Source: Candidatus Dormiibacterota bacterium
GTDB lineage: Bacteria; Chloroflexota; Dormibacteria; Aeolococcales; Bog-877
Assembly (NCBI GenBank): GCA_027319585.1
Contig: DAHVMY010000001.1
Location: 70,192 to 134,191 of the forward strand
DNA: 64,000 nt
Reading direction: 5' to 3'
In this document: positions 8,664-19,549 of the stretch, one piece after another
Numbering within the stretch: the first letter of the stretch is position 1
Layout of the letters: every line of letters begins with the position of its first letter
The notes under the pieces: generated by a model
What the model saw: the letters and a program-made list of their open reading frames with translations, nothing else
Databases searched by the model: none
Told to the model about the DNA's origin: nothing
Position numbers and translations under genes: made by a program

Positions 8664-10223
8664 ATGCAGGAGACCACCGCCCCAGCATCCCCTCGTCCGG
8701 CGTGGCGGTGGGACCCTCCCACCATCTTCTTCGTGGCGGTGCTGATCCTGGGGTTGGCCGCGTTCACCACGCCGGAGTTCGACCCTGACTTCTGGTGGAC
8801 GGCGCGGATCGGGCTCGAGATCCTGGCGCGGGGTTCGGTGCCCCTCCACAACTACTTCACCTTCACCGCCACGACCCATCCCTTCATCAGCCAGGAGTGG
8901 GGATCCGAGGTGATCGACGCCTGGCTCTACACGCATCTGGGAATGACCGCGGTGATCATGACCTTCGCCATCGCCACCTGGGTCGGCTTCTTCCTGGGGG
9001 TGATCCGGGTGGAGCGAGTAGGACAGTCCCGGTGGGTTCTCGCCGTGGGAGCGGCCCTGGTGCTGATCAGCGGCCTGCAGATCTGGGGCCCCAGCCCGCA
9101 GATGTTCTCCTTCGGGCTCCTGGGCATCCTGTTGACCCTGCTGGACGGCTACCGCCGGCTGCCTCGCCGCTGGCTGCTCGCGCTGCTGGTCCCGCTGTTC
9201 GTGGTCTGGGGCAATCTCCACGGGGGCTTCCTGATCGGGCTCGGGGTGGTGGCGGCCTTCGGGGTGGGGGAGTGGGTGGAGACCTACCTCCGCCGCCCGG
9301 GGGCGATCGGATATCCGGCGCTGCGGCAGCTGCTGCTGGCGTGGGTGGTGGCGGTTCTGGCCCCCATGTTCAATCCCAACGGGACCGGGGTCTACGTCTA
9401 TCCCGCCAAGCTGCTGCTGAGCCACGTCGCCCAGGCGAGCCTCAACGAATGGCAGCCGCCCGACTTCCATTCTCCCGCCGAGATCCCCACCCTGTTCCTG
9501 CTCGTGACCGCGGTGCTGGCCGCGCCATGGGCCCGCCGGGTCCGGGCTTCGGACCTCTTGCTAGCGGGTGCAGGGATGGTGCTGATGCTGTACGCGGTCC
9601 GCGACATTCCGATCTTCGCCGTGCTGGTGCTGCCGCTGTGGTCGGACGGAGTCCATGGCTTCTTCAATGAGCTGGCAACGGCGCGCCGGCTGAGGCCGGT
9701 GCGCCGGCGCCCGGCCCCGGCCTGGTTCGTGGCCGCGGTCCTCATCATCGTGTCCCTGGCGGCGGGCGCCCGCATGGTCGACCAGCTGCACAGCCCCAAG
9801 AACGAGCTCATGGGGTCGGCGTACCCGGTCGCGGTGGGGCGCGTCATCTGCGACGGCCCGCCCGCCCGGGTCTTCGCGCCTTACGGCAGCTCCGGGTGGC
9901 TGCTCTACCGGATCGACCACCGGGTGGCGGCCGGGCGTCACTGTGCTCCGGACCGGGTTTTCATCTTCGGCGAGGTCGTGCTCATGGGCCGCCAGATCCT
10001 ATCTCAATATCTGACCGCCGTCTCCGGAGGGGCCGGGAGCCTGGCGGTCCTGAGGCAGCATCGGGTGAACCTGGTCTGGCAGCCGCGGGGAGCACCGCTC
10101 AGCACACTCCTGCTGAGGACCAGGGGCTGGCGCTGCGTCTTCGCCACCTCCAGCAACATGCTGCTCGCAACCACGGCCAGCGCCCCCGCCTGGCACTCGT
10201 CACGGGCAGGGTGCCCCGGCTGA
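8664..10223 (+). CDS. Polytopic integral membrane protein, possibly a GT-C-fold glycosyltransferase
   Basis: 519 aa with at least 10 hydrophobic helices, an acidic first-loop motif (EFDPDFWW), and a soluble C-terminal domain. The function is an architectural guess only. Confidence 0.5.
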   Translation: MQETTAPASPRPAWRWDPPTIFFVAVLILGLAAFTTPEFDPDFWWTARIGLEILARGSVPLHNYFTFTATTHPFISQEWGSEVIDAWLYTHLGMTAVIMTFAIATWVGFFLGVIRVERVGQSRWVLAVGAALVLISGLQIWGPSPQMFSFGLLGILLTLLDGYRRLPRRWLLALLVPLFVVWGNLHGGFLIGLGVVAAFGVGEWVETYLRRPGAIGYPALRQLLLAWVVAVLAPMFNPNGTGVYVYPAKLLLSHVAQASLNEWQPPDFHSPAEIPTLFLLVTAVLAAPWARRVRASDLLLAGAGMVLMLYAVRDIPIFAVLVLPLWSDGVHGFFNELATARRLRPVRRRPAPAWFVAAVLIIVSLAAGARMVDQLHSPKNELMGSAYPVAVGRVICDGPPARVFAPYGSSGWLLYRIDHRVAAGRHCAPDRVFIFGEVVLMGRQILSQYLTAVSGGAGSLAVLRQHRVNLVWQPRGAPLSTLLLRTRGWRCVFATSSNMLLATTASAPAWHSSRAGCPG

Positions 10224-10266
10224 CGGCCGCCCGCTCCGTGAAGGGCAGGCGACCGTCGCGCCGGGC

Positions 10267-11553
10267 CTACGGGTAGATGCCCCGGATCGCGGTGGCGTCG
10301 GCCACCCGCTTCACCGCCAGGCAATACGCCCCCATGCGCAGGGTGGTGTTGTGCTCCTGGGCCAGCTCGTCAACCTGCTGGTAGGCGCGCTCCATGATCT
10401 TGGTGAGCCTGGCGTTGATCTCCTGCTCCTCCCAGAAGAAGGACTGGAGGTCCTGCACCCACTCGAAGTAGGAAACCGTGACGCCGCCGGCGTTGGCGAG
10501 AATGTCGGGCACCACCACCACGCCCCGCTGATGAAAGACGTCGTCCGCCTCCGGGGTGGTCGGGCCGTTGGCGGCTTCCACCACCAGCCGAGCCTGGATC
10601 CTTCCGGCGTTGTCCAAGCTGAACTGGTTCTCCAGAGCCGCCGGCACCAGGATCGTGACCGGCAGCTCCAGCAGGGCGGCGTTGGTGATCTCCTGCTTGG
10701 CCCCCGGGAACCCCCCCACGCGCCCCTGCTTGGCCTGGTGCTGCAGCAGGGCGGCCACATCCAGGCCATCGGGGTTGTAGATCCCGCCGAAGACGTCGGA
10801 GACCGCCACCACCTTGAAACCCTCGGCGTCGAGCAGTTGCGCGCTGACGCTGCCGACGTTGCCGAACCCCTGAATGGCGACGGTGCACTCCTTGGGGTCC
10901 AAGCCCAGCCGGCGACAGGCCTCCAGAGTCACCACCATGACCCCGCGCCCGGTGGCCGCGGGCCGGCCCTCGGAGCCGCCGATGGACAGTGGCTTGCCCG
11001 TCACCGTGGCGGGCACGGAGTACCCCTTCTCCATCGAGATCGTGTCCATGATCCAGGCCATGGTCTGCTGGTTGGTGTTGACGTCGGGAGCGGGGATGTC
11101 GCTCTCCGGCCCGATGAGCAGCGAGATTTCGCTGGCGAATCTGCGGGTCAGATTCTCCAGCTCCTGCTGACTCAGTTCGCCGGGGTCGCAGATCACCCCG
11201 CCCTTGGCGCCTCCGTAGGGCAGGTTGGTAACCGCGCACTTCCAGGTCATCCACATGGAGAGCGCCTTCACCTCATCCAGGCTCACCTGCGGGTGATAGC
11301 GGATCCCCCCCTTGGCGGGTCCGCGGGTGAGGTTGTGCTGCACCCGGTATCCGGTGAAGACGCGGATGCTGCCGTCATCCATCCGGACCGGAAAGTTGAC
11401 GGTGAACTCGCGGCGTACCTCCCGAAGGACGGCGCGCATTCCCGCGTCGAGCTCGAGGATGGAGGCCGCCTGGTCGAACTGCCTCTGGGCGGTGATATAG
11501 GGATTGGCTGGCGCCGCCGTGGCTGCCGGGGTTGTCATGACGCTGTTGGCCAT
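10267..11553 (-). CDS. gdhA: Glutamate dehydrogenase (Glu/Leu/Phe/Val dehydrogenase family)
   Basis: Catalytic-Lys motif ..LPYGGAKGGV.. and Rossmann motif VAIQGFGNVGS. The start was moved to ATG 11553 (MANSVMTT...), which is preceded by GGAGGG. Confidence 0.9.
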   Translation of the reverse strand: MANSVMTTPAATAAPANPYITAQRQFDQAASILELDAGMRAVLREVRREFTVNFPVRMDDGSIRVFTGYRVQHNLTRGPAKGGIRYHPQVSLDEVKALSMWMTWKCAVTNLPYGGAKGGVICDPGELSQQELENLTRRFASEISLLIGPESDIPAPDVNTNQQTMAWIMDTISMEKGYSVPATVTGKPLSIGGSEGRPAATGRGVMVVTLEACRRLGLDPKECTVAIQGFGNVGSVSAQLLDAEGFKVVAVSDVFGGIYNPDGLDVAALLQHQAKQGRVGGFPGAKQEITNAALLELPVTILVPAALENQFSLDNAGRIQARLVVEAANGPTTPEADDVFHQRGVVVVPDILANAGGVTVSYFEWVQDLQSFFWEEQEINARLTKIMERAYQQVDELAQEHNTTLRMGAYCLAVKRVADATAIRGIYP

Positions 11554-11860
11554 CGACCTGCGCCCTCCAGATTGGCGAATGGTGGATCCGTCCGGTGGGC
11601 GGATTGCCTCAAGCGTAGACCGCTCGGGCAGCCACGTGTCAAGTTCGCCCATTCGCCGTGGCTGGTGCGGGCTCCTCTTGTGGGGGCGGGGATCGGCTCA
11701 ACCCTGGCACCATCTCCTGGTGGCGCGATTGAAGCCGGCCGGGCGGCTGGCCAAAGAGCCTTCGGGGTGGGCGGGGGCGCACCCGCCGCGATCCCGAAAC
11801 GGCTGCGAGTCGCGGCCTCCCGCTCTGCTGGAGGCTCTGGTCCAGGGACCGACGTGGATT

Positions 11861-12892
11861 TTGGCGCGCGCCGAGCCCGGCCTCGGTAGGCTGACCGAGG
11901 CGATCTCGTTCGCCCAGGTGCTGGCGCGCTCGGGTGCCGACCGGCCGGCACTGGTCTACACGAGCCCCGCCGCGCTGCCCCTGGCGGAGCGCTGGCTGCA
12001 CCAGCGGGTTCGCCCCCTGACCCTGGGTGCAGGGCGGGACCCGCAGCAGACCTTGATCGACTCCACCTCCGTGCAGCAGCTGTTGCTCGCGGTCAGGAGG
12101 GGTCGGCCCAGCGCTCTGGTCGTGGATGGGTATCCCCTGCTGCTGCCGCTGCTGCGGTCGGTGGCATCGGCCAAAGTTGTCGCCATGGCCAACCTCCATG
12201 ACCTGCGCAGTCCGGCGCACAGCCCGGGGGCGCGCCTGCTGCAGGAGACCCTCCACGCCAACTCGGATCTCATCGTGGTCAGCGAGCTCCGGCGGAGCTG
12301 GCGGCGGGGTCGCCTGGGCAAAGTGCCCATGCTGCGCATCCCCAGCCTGATCCGGGAGGATGTCGCCGGCCGACGGCCGGGGCCCGGCGGTGCCGGGCGG
12401 GGGGTGGTCGCGGTGCTGGGCGGCGGGAGCCGCGGGGATCAGCGGTTGGAAGCCTCCAACGCAGCCATCCTGCAAGCTCTCGAAGTGGCGGTGGAGCGCG
12501 GTGACCTGCCCTCGTGCCTGGTTTTCACCGGCGGCGACGACCAACTCATGGGACGCTTCCCCAGGCTCGGGTTCGCGGGGGATCCTGCGGAATGCCTGCC
12601 GACACTGGCCGGCGCGGAGCTGGTGATCACCAGGGCGGGCCGGAGCACCCTGGCTGAGGTGCTGGCGGCAGGGCGGCGGGCGGTCGCGGTGATCCCTGAA
12701 TCGGACACCCTCCGTGGCGCCGAGCAGGCTGCCAACGCCGCCAACGCAGCCAGGGTGTCGCCGGCGGTTGTCCCGCTCCCTCTGGCCGAGCTCGACCGAC
12801 TCCCGGGGGCATGCGCTGCAGCACTGGCTGCCACCCCTGCCCGGTGGCACCCCGGCAACCGGGTCCTGCTCAGGGCTCTCAGCACGATCTGA
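11861..12892 (+). CDS. GT-B glycosyltransferase-like protein (MurG/PseG, GT28 C-terminal-domain-like)
   Basis: The C-terminal half resembles Glyco_tran_28_C (..LAGAELVITRAGRSTLAEVLAAGRRAVAVIPE..). The N-terminus is uncertain: TTG 11861 is proposed, and the ATG/GTG-extended ORF from 11504 overlaps the gdh upstream region. Confidence 0.45.
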   Translation: MARAEPGLGRLTEAISFAQVLARSGADRPALVYTSPAALPLAERWLHQRVRPLTLGAGRDPQQTLIDSTSVQQLLLAVRRGRPSALVVDGYPLLLPLLRSVASAKVVAMANLHDLRSPAHSPGARLLQETLHANSDLIVVSELRRSWRRGRLGKVPMLRIPSLIREDVAGRRPGPGGAGRGVVAVLGGGSRGDQRLEASNAAILQALEVAVERGDLPSCLVFTGGDDQLMGRFPRLGFAGDPAECLPTLAGAELVITRAGRSTLAEVLAAGRRAVAVIPESDTLRGAEQAANAANAARVSPAVVPLPLAELDRLPGACAAALAATPARWHPGNRVLLRALSTI

Positions 12893-12968
12893 GGCAATGA
12901 CGAGCCGCCGGCGACGGATTCGGCGCCCCGTCGCTCGGGGGCGGCGCGGCTTCCGTGATAATCCCCTC

Positions 12969-13313
12969 ATGACGCCGGTGCTGCCGTTGGAGGTGGAGGA
13001 GGAGACGGCTCGCCACTGGTCGAAGGACGGCGCCGTCTGGCTGGACGTGAGGGAGCGCTCAGAGTTCGAGGAGAAGCACATCCCCGGAGCTTTGTGGATT
13101 CCCATCGGCGAACTGGCCAGCCGCTGGCGCGAACTCCCGGTTGCGGGCCCCGTTGTGGTCTACTGCTCCGCCGGATCGCGGAGCTTTCGCGCGGCCAAGT
13201 TCCTGCGCGAGCACGGCCTGCCTGCGGCGGCGCTGGTTGGCGGGATCAATGAGTGGGTCGCCAAGGGCGGTTCGGTTGATGCTGCGGCTCTGGTTCCCCA
13301 ACCGGCGAACTGA
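12969..13313 (+). CDS. Rhodanese-domain sulfurtransferase (single domain)
   Basis: Rhodanese pattern ..[22 protein letters not shown].. and active-site loop [13 protein letters not shown] 12969 gives a 114-aa single-domain protein. Confidence 0.8.
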   Translation: MTPVLPLEVEEETARHWSKDGAVWLDVRERSEFEEKHIPGALWIPIGELASRWRELPVAGPVVVYCSAGSRSFRAAKFLREHGLPAAALVGGINEWVAKGGSVDAAALVPQPAN

Positions 13314-13387
13314 ACTCGGTCACTTCGCTCCTCCAGCGTGAGAGCATGGGAGGCGAAGACAGTCAAGTAAGAGTCGAGGAGCACTGG

Positions 13388-15427
13388 ATGACCCAATCGG
13401 TTGAGGTGCTGCCCAAAGCCGGCAGCGAGCTGGACAATCTCTGCATCAACACCATCCGCTGCCTGGCGATCGATGGGGTGCAGAAGGCCAACTCCGGGCA
13501 CCCGGGGCTGCCCATGGGCGCGGCCCCGATGGCATACGTCCTCTGGACCAAGTTCCTCCGCCATGACCCTCACGATCCGGCCTGGCCCGATCGCGACCGA
13601 TTCGTGCTCTCCGCGGGCCATGGCTCGATGCTGCTGTACGCGCTCCTTCACCTGACCGGTTATGCGGTATCGATCGAAGATCTGCAGCACTTTCGCACCT
13701 GGGGGTCGATCACCCCCGGTCACCCGGAGCGCGGGCTGACCCCGGGGGTCGAGGTCACCACCGGGCCCTTGGGGCAGGGATTCGGCAACGCCGTCGGGAT
13801 GGCGATTGCGGAGCGGGCGCTGGCCCATCACTACAACCGCCCCGGCCACGAGATCGTCGATCACCGCACGTTTGTGTTGTGTGGCGACGGGGACCTGATG
13901 GAGGGCATCTCATCCGAGGCGGCGTCTTTGGCCGGTCATCTTGGCCTGGGCAAGTTGATCTGCCTGTATGACGACAACCACGTCTCCCTGGACGGCCCCA
14001 CCTCAATGTCCTTCACCGAGGATGTCCTGAAGCGGTTCGAAGCCTATGGGTGGCAGGTCCAACGGGTCGAGGATGGGAGCCTCGATCTGCCGGGTATCGA
14101 GGCGGCGATCGCCGCGGCCGTGGCCGACGAGACCCGCCCCTCGATGATCGCCGTGCGTACCCATATCGGGTACGGTTCCCCCCACAAGCAGGACACCAAC
14201 GCCGCGCACGGCTCGCCGCTCGGTGTGGAGGAGGTGGCGGCCACCAAGCGCGCCTACGGCTGGGATCCGGATCGTTTCTTCTACGTCCCGCCGGAGGCCG
14301 CCGAGCACTTCCGGCAGGCGGTTGACCAGGGCGCCAGCCGCAGCTCGGCCTGGCGTCGGCAGCTCTCCGCCTGGGCCGCGGCCAACCCGGAGCTGGCCGA
14401 GGAGTGGCACCTGGCCCAGTCGGGGGAGCTGCCCACGGGCTGGCGGGACGCCCTGCCCCGCTGGCGAGCCGGGGACAAGCCGCTCGCGACCCGCGCCGCC
14501 GGGGGCCGGGTCCTGAACGCTCTGGCGGAGCGGATCCCCTGGATCCTGGGCGGCGACGCCGACCTCTCGGAATCCACCAAGACCGGAATCGAGGGCGGTG
14601 GGGACTTCGATGGTCAGACCGGGGAGGGCCGCAACCTTCACTTCGGGGTGCGAGAGCATGCCATGGGCGCGGCCTGCAACGGCATGGCCGCGCACGGGGG
14701 TCTGCGCCCCTATAGCGCCACCTTCTTCACCTTCTCCGACTACCAGCGCCCGTCGGTCCGGCTGTCGGCGCTTTCCCACCTGCCGGTGGTTTGGGTATAC
14801 ACCCACGACAGTGTCGGCCTGGGCGAGGATGGGCCCACCCATCAGCCGGTGGAGCAGCTGGCCTCACTCCGGGTGATGCCGAACCTGGTGGTGCTGCGAC
14901 CCGGTGATGCCAACGAGTCCAGCTGGGCCTGGGCGGTGGCCCTGGAGCGCAACCAGGCGCCGACCGCGCTGGTCCTGTCGCGCCAGAACCTGCCCGTCCT
15001 CGAGGGGACCGACCTGCTGGCCGAACAGGGGGTCTTCCACGGCGGCTACGTGCTTCAGGAGGCCGAGGGTGGCGAGCCCCAGGTGATCCTGATCGGGACC
15101 GGCTCCGAACTCAGCCTCTGCGCCGAGGCGCGCGGAACCCTGCAACGAGAGGGGATCCCCACCCGCTTGGTCAGCATGCCATCACTGGAGCTGTTCCGGC
15201 AGCAGCCGTCAGCCTACCGGGAAGAGGTGATGCCGCCTACCGTCACGGCCAGGGTGGCGGTCGAGGCCGGGGTGACCGAGCCGTGGCGGGCGCTGGTGGG
15301 GGAGCGCGGTGCGGTGGTGGGGGTCGACCGCTTCGGCGCTTCGGCCCCCTATCAGGACATCTACCAACATCTCGGGCTCACCGTGGACGCGATTGTGGCC
15401 GCGGCCCGGGGGACGCTTCCCGGATGA
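13388..15427 (+). CDS. tkt: Transketolase
   Basis: N-terminal ..[27 protein letters not shown].., TPP motif [10 protein letters not shown], and ..[20 protein letters not shown]... Confidence 0.95.
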   Translation: MTQSVEVLPKAGSELDNLCINTIRCLAIDGVQKANSGHPGLPMGAAPMAYVLWTKFLRHDPHDPAWPDRDRFVLSAGHGSMLLYALLHLTGYAVSIEDLQHFRTWGSITPGHPERGLTPGVEVTTGPLGQGFGNAVGMAIAERALAHHYNRPGHEIVDHRTFVLCGDGDLMEGISSEAASLAGHLGLGKLICLYDDNHVSLDGPTSMSFTEDVLKRFEAYGWQVQRVEDGSLDLPGIEAAIAAAVADETRPSMIAVRTHIGYGSPHKQDTNAAHGSPLGVEEVAATKRAYGWDPDRFFYVPPEAAEHFRQAVDQGASRSSAWRRQLSAWAAANPELAEEWHLAQSGELPTGWRDALPRWRAGDKPLATRAAGGRVLNALAERIPWILGGDADLSESTKTGIEGGGDFDGQTGEGRNLHFGVREHAMGAACNGMAAHGGLRPYSATFFTFSDYQRPSVRLSALSHLPVVWVYTHDSVGLGEDGPTHQPVEQLASLRVMPNLVVLRPGDANESSWAWAVALERNQAPTALVLSRQNLPVLEGTDLLAEQGVFHGGYVLQEAEGGEPQVILIGTGSELSLCAEARGTLQREGIPTRLVSMPSLELFRQQPSAYREEVMPPTVTARVAVEAGVTEPWRALVGERGAVVGVDRFGASAPYQDIYQHLGLTVDAIVAAARGTLPG

Positions 15428-15524
15428 TCCGCTGCCGGGCCGAGCGGCGAGCGGTCAGGCCGGTGCGCCATGCACCTCGCGGGAGCTGCTACTCGCCTCA
15501 GGGCTCCGGGGGCAGGGTTTGGTG

Positions 15525-16277
15525 ATGGGATCTGCGTTCCACGACCCAAAGGTCAGGGCTCTGGCCGGACCAGGGGAGCTGGCCGAGTTCGCCGCACGCA
15601 CCATGGCGGCGGAGATCCAGCAGGCGGTGGCTGGGCGTGGGGAGGCGGTGGTGGCGCTGCCCGGCGGGACGACCCCTCGCGCAGCCTACGAGATTCTGGC
15701 TGGCCTGCCTGGGGTGGACTGGGCGCGGGTGGTGCTGGTACCCGGAGACGAGCGGATGGTCCCGGTCTCCGACCCCGACTCCAACGAGGGCATGATCCGG
15801 GGCGCCCTGATTTCCCGCATCTCGGGGCCGACTCCGATGCTGCTGGGATGGGAGGTGGAGGAGGGGATGGGGCCGGAGACCGTGGTGGCGCAATTCGAGG
15901 CCCGGCTGCTGGGGGTCGTTCCCGTGGTGGATGGCCGGCTTCAGATCGACTGGGTGGGGCTGGGCATGGGCCCCGATGGCCACACCGCCTCGCTCTTCCC
16001 GGGCCGTGAATACCCCGACGATGCGGTGGCCTTGGCGACCACCCACCCCTCCGGGCAGCGCCGCCTCAGCTTGGGGCCGGGCGTGCTGCGCTCCGGAGCT
16101 CGGGTGCGGTTTCTGCTGGAAGGGGAAGCCAAGGCGGCCACCCTGGCCCGGGTCCTGGAGGGTGGGTACGACCCCGTCGCGTTGCCGGCCCAGCTGGTGG
16201 CCCGCCGGGCGCCGCACTGTGAGGTCTGGTGTGACCGGGCGGCCGCCAGCCAGCTGATCAGAGCCAATGCCGGCTGA
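15525..16277 (+). CDS. pgl: 6-phosphogluconolactonase
   Basis: ..VALPGGTTPRAAYEIL.., ..LVPGDERMVP.. and ..GLGMGPDGHTASLFPG.. motifs. ATG 15525 was chosen because the upstream part of the ORF overlaps tkt. Confidence 0.85.
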   Translation: MGSAFHDPKVRALAGPGELAEFAARTMAAEIQQAVAGRGEAVVALPGGTTPRAAYEILAGLPGVDWARVVLVPGDERMVPVSDPDSNEGMIRGALISRISGPTPMLLGWEVEEGMGPETVVAQFEARLLGVVPVVDGRLQIDWVGLGMGPDGHTASLFPGREYPDDAVALATTHPSGQRRLSLGPGVLRSGARVRFLLEGEAKAATLARVLEGGYDPVALPAQLVARRAPHCEVWCDRAAASQLIRANAG

Positions 16278-16965
16278 GCTCGCGCCCTCCATCCTGGCTG
16301 CGGACTTCACCAAGCTGGGAGAGGAGGTCGCTGCCTGCGAGCGTGCTGGGGCGGATCGGATCCACATCGACGTGATGGACAACCATTTTGTCCCCAACCT
16401 CAGCATGGGCCCGGAGATCGCCGCCGCGTGTCGGCGCAGCTGCGGGCTGCCGCTGGAGGCGCATCTGATGATCGACGAGCCCGACTCGATCATCCCGGCG
16501 TTCGTCGCCGCGGGGGTCGGCCTGATCACGGTCCACTTCGAGGCCTGTCGCCAGCTCCACCGTACGGTGAGCGCGATCCGTCTCCAGGGAGCGCGCCCCG
16601 GGGTCGGCATCAATCCCGCAACCCCGGCCTCCTTTCTCCAGCCGATCCTGGGTGAGATCGACCTCGCGTTGGTGATGTCCGTGGACCCCGGATTCGGAGG
16701 TCAGGCGTTCCAAGCGGGGGCGATCGCTAAGCTTGGGGAGTTGCGTAGCATGATCAACGGTCGTGGCTTGGCGTGTGAACTCGAAGTTGACGGTGGAGTC
16801 GACGCCAGCAACGCCGCCGTGTGCCGGGACGCCGGCGCCTCAGTGCTGGTGGCCGGCACCTCGGTGTTTCGCGCCCCCGGCGGGGTGGCGGCGGGAGTCG
16901 GCTGTCTGCTCGCACAGCTGGGTCGTAGCACCGCTTCGGGCGGCGCGCCACCTGCCATTTCCTGA
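16267..16965 (+). CDS. rpe: Ribulose-phosphate 3-epimerase
   Basis: ..LAPSILAADF..L.., ..HIDVMDNHFVPNLSMG.. and ..VMSVDPGFGGQAF.. are typical RPE motifs. Confidence 0.9.
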   Translation: MPAELAPSILAADFTKLGEEVAACERAGADRIHIDVMDNHFVPNLSMGPEIAAACRRSCGLPLEAHLMIDEPDSIIPAFVAAGVGLITVHFEACRQLHRTVSAIRLQGARPGVGINPATPASFLQPILGEIDLALVMSVDPGFGGQAFQAGAIAKLGELRSMINGRGLACELEVDGGVDASNAAVCRDAGASVLVAGTSVFRAPGGVAAGVGCLLAQLGRSTASGGAPPAIS

Positions 16966-16992
16966 TTCGAGTCCCTGGAGGTTCAATGTCGC

Positions 16993-17670
16993 ATGTCCCG
17001 TAGTCCCCTCACGGTCCCCGAGCACCCCGAGCTCCCGCCCGAAGTGCGTCAAGTGTATGTGGAGGTGGACCGCAAGCTTGGTGTCTTCATCCTGCCCCAG
17101 CTGGAGCAGGCCGGCGCCGGCGATGCGGTCGAGCGGGTGCTGCAGCGGGGAGCCGAGCTCGCCAGCCTGGCCGCGACCGGTGACCACGCCGAACTCGCTG
17201 GAAGCTATCGCGCCCTGCTGGCCGAGGCCCAGCGCGAGTTGCGCGAGGCCCGCACCCACGAGGTTCAGCGCGAGGGAGCAGCCCGGCAGGAGCGGCAGCG
17301 CACCGCCCGAATCGACCAGGCTCTGGCGGTTGCGCGAACCCGCCTTCCCGCGGCGCGGCTGGCGCGGCTGGAGCAACAGCTCGCGGCCCTGGATGGGGAC
17401 GGCGGCCCGGAGGAGCGGGTGACCATGGTCGAGGCGGCGGTCCTCGATTGGGAACGGCTGAACCAGACCCGTCAGGCCAGGGAGGCCGAGCGTCTCGCCG
17501 ACCGGGCACACCTGCCGATCCGCCCGCGGCACACGGAGACCTCGCGGAGCCGACGGGCCCGCCGAGATCAGGCCCGCATCGTCGAACTGGCCAGGAGCTT
17601 CGCCCTTGGTGATGCGGCCGCGGTGGGTGCCGGCAACCAGGCTGGGGAGTTGTCAGCCCCCGATCAGTGA
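16993..17670 (+). CDS. Hypothetical protein, Arg/Ala/Glu-rich, predicted coiled coil
   Basis: 225-aa ORF with GC3-biased codons and no recognisable motif. Coding status is inferred from length and codon bias. Confidence 0.4.
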   Translation: MSRSPLTVPEHPELPPEVRQVYVEVDRKLGVFILPQLEQAGAGDAVERVLQRGAELASLAATGDHAELAGSYRALLAEAQRELREARTHEVQREGAARQERQRTARIDQALAVARTRLPAARLARLEQQLAALDGDGGPEERVTMVEAAVLDWERLNQTRQAREAERLADRAHLPIRPRHTETSRSRRARRDQARIVELARSFALGDAAAVGAGNQAGELSAPDQ

Positions 17671-18071
17671 CGGGAGGTTTCCATCTCCAGCGCCTCGCCC
17701 TCCTCGGCCTCGATGGTGACCCAGTCAGGCTGGCCCAACAGGCGGCTCACCTCGACCATGATCCGTCCCTGGGCGTCGAAGACGGCGTCCTGCACCCTGT
17801 CGATGCTGGGGCGGCTGGAGGCGACCACGGAGGCGAGATCGGGGTCGACCCGGGCCACCTCGGCGTGGCGCAGTTCCTCGGTGATGGCCGGCGGAACGAC
17901 CCTTCGCTCCCGGATCCGAGCGTCCTCGAGGTCTGCCAGCACCCTGTCCAGGTGCTCCAGGTGGGAGCGGTACTTGCGCAGCGTCCTGGTCCGGGCCAGC
18001 CCTTCGTGCTGGCGCCGCAGGATGTCGCGACGGGTGACTCGATACCGATTGTCTCGCTCAGTTGTCATCAT
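17664..18071 (-). CDS. Hypothetical protein (135 aa)
   Basis: ORF convergent with 16993..17670 and overlapping it by 7 nt. No recognisable motif. Confidence 0.4.
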   Translation of the reverse strand: MMTTERDNRYRVTRRDILRRQHEGLARTRTLRKYRSHLEHLDRVLADLEDARIRERRVVPPAITEELRHAEVARVDPDLASVVASSRPSIDRVQDAVFDAQGRIMVEVSRLLGQPDWVTIEAEEGEALEMETSRH

Positions 18072-18434
18072 GTTGGGGGATCCTCAGGCGCGTGAACTGC
18101 TTCGCCACCGATTATTCGGTCCGCCCATGGAGCTTGGGCACACCCTGTTGCAACGGCGCCGGGCGCAACCGGGTTACCCGGTGCTCCCCATCACCTGGCA
18201 GCTCCGCGAGCCGCGGCTGCGCTGGTTTCGATTATAGCCCAAAATCTGCCTGAATCAACCAACAATTTTGCGGCCGAGGCCGAGCTGGGCGGCGCGGCTG
18301 GCGTACCGTGGACGAAATTTGCGCAAAACCCGGACAATCCGACTCCCTTGTCCGGTCCCCGAGCGCTCCGCGGGCCGATCCGAGCCCGGTCGCGGCCCCG
18401 AGGACCGCGGTGTCGGTCTCTGTAAACTGGGGGA

Positions 18435-19547
18435 ATGCCCACCAACTCCAAAGCCCCCTCGACTGCTCGCAGCCGCTCGCGCCGGCGCACGCCCGACCCT
18501 TTGCCATTCGGACTGACCGCCCAGGAGTGCCGGGAGATGTACCGCAAGATGGTGCTGATCCGGCATTTCGAAGACCATGCCGCCGAGGCCTACGCCCAGG
18601 CCAAGGTGGGGGGCTTTTTGCATCTGTACATCGGGGAGGAGGCGGTGGCGGTGGGAGCGTTGGCGGCGGCCCGCCCGGACGACCACGTGCTGGGTCACTA
18701 CCGCGACCACGGCTACGCCCTGGCGCGCGGCTGTGACCCCAAGGCCTGCATGGCGGAGCTGTTTGGGCGCGAGACCGGACTGTGCCACGGCCGGGGCGGC
18801 TCGATGCACCTGGCGGAGGCTTCGCGGCACTTCTGGGGAGGTTACGCCATCGTCGGCTCCCACATCCCGATCGGGGCGGGCATGGCCTACGCGATGCAGT
18901 ACCAGCAGCGCGAGCAGGTGGTGCTGGACTTCTTTGGGGATGGCGCGACCGGCAACGGGATCTTCCATGAGGGGCTCAACATGGCGGCCCTCTGGAATCT
19001 GCCCGTGGTCTTCATCTGCGAGAACAATCTCTATGGAATGGGCGCCACCTTGGCCGAGGAATCTCCGGTCAAGGACATGATCATCAAGGCCGAGGGCTAC
19101 ACCATGCCGTCGGTCCAGTGCGACGGCATGGACGTGCTCTCGGTGTACGAGGCGGTCCGGCAGGCAGCCGACCACTGCCGCAGTGGCAAGGGCCCGTTTT
19201 TCGTGGAGGCTTTGACCTACCGTTTTCGCGGCCACTCCATGGCCGACCCCGAGTTGTACCGTGACAAGGAGGAGGTGCGGCGCTGGCGCGAGCTGGATCC
19301 CATCCCTCGGTTCGGCCAGTTTCTGGTGGAACACCGCGTCTCCAGCGAACAGGAGCTGGCGCAGGTGATCGAGGATGCCGAAGCGGAGATGCTGGAGGTG
19401 GTGCGGTTCGCCGACGAGTCGCCGTGGCCGGACCCCTCCACCATCGACCGGTGGATCTACGCCAAGCCGCTGGACGGATCGGCGGATGACACGGCCGCGG
19501 CGCCGCTGCCGGCCGAGTCCGCCCCCGGCGTCGGGTTGGGAGCCTGA
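18435..19547 (+). CDS. pdhA: 2-oxoacid (pyruvate/acetoin-type) dehydrogenase E1 component, alpha subunit
   Basis: TPP-binding E1-alpha motifs: ..GFLHLYIGEEAVAVG.., ..GRGGSMH.., ..FFGDGATGNGIFHEGLNMAALWNLPVVFICENN.., and YRFRGHSMADP. Confidence 0.9.
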   Translation: MPTNSKAPSTARSRSRRRTPDPLPFGLTAQECREMYRKMVLIRHFEDHAAEAYAQAKVGGFLHLYIGEEAVAVGALAAARPDDHVLGHYRDHGYALARGCDPKACMAELFGRETGLCHGRGGSMHLAEASRHFWGGYAIVGSHIPIGAGMAYAMQYQQREQVVLDFFGDGATGNGIFHEGLNMAALWNLPVVFICENNLYGMGATLAEESPVKDMIIKAEGYTMPSVQCDGMDVLSVYEAVRQAADHCRSGKGPFFVEALTYRFRGHSMADPELYRDKEEVRRWRELDPIPRFGQFLVEHRVSSEQELAQVIEDAEAEMLEVVRFADESPWPDPSTIDRWIYAKPLDGSADDTAAAPLPAESAPGVGLGA

Positions 19548-19549
19548 GA

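Noticed and set aside
18072-18434. A riboswitch or T-box upstream of pdhA, and likewise upstream of cysS.
   Set aside because: I could recognise no conserved riboswitch core (TPP, T-box specifier/T-box sequence). The cysS gap after ispF is only 18 nt.
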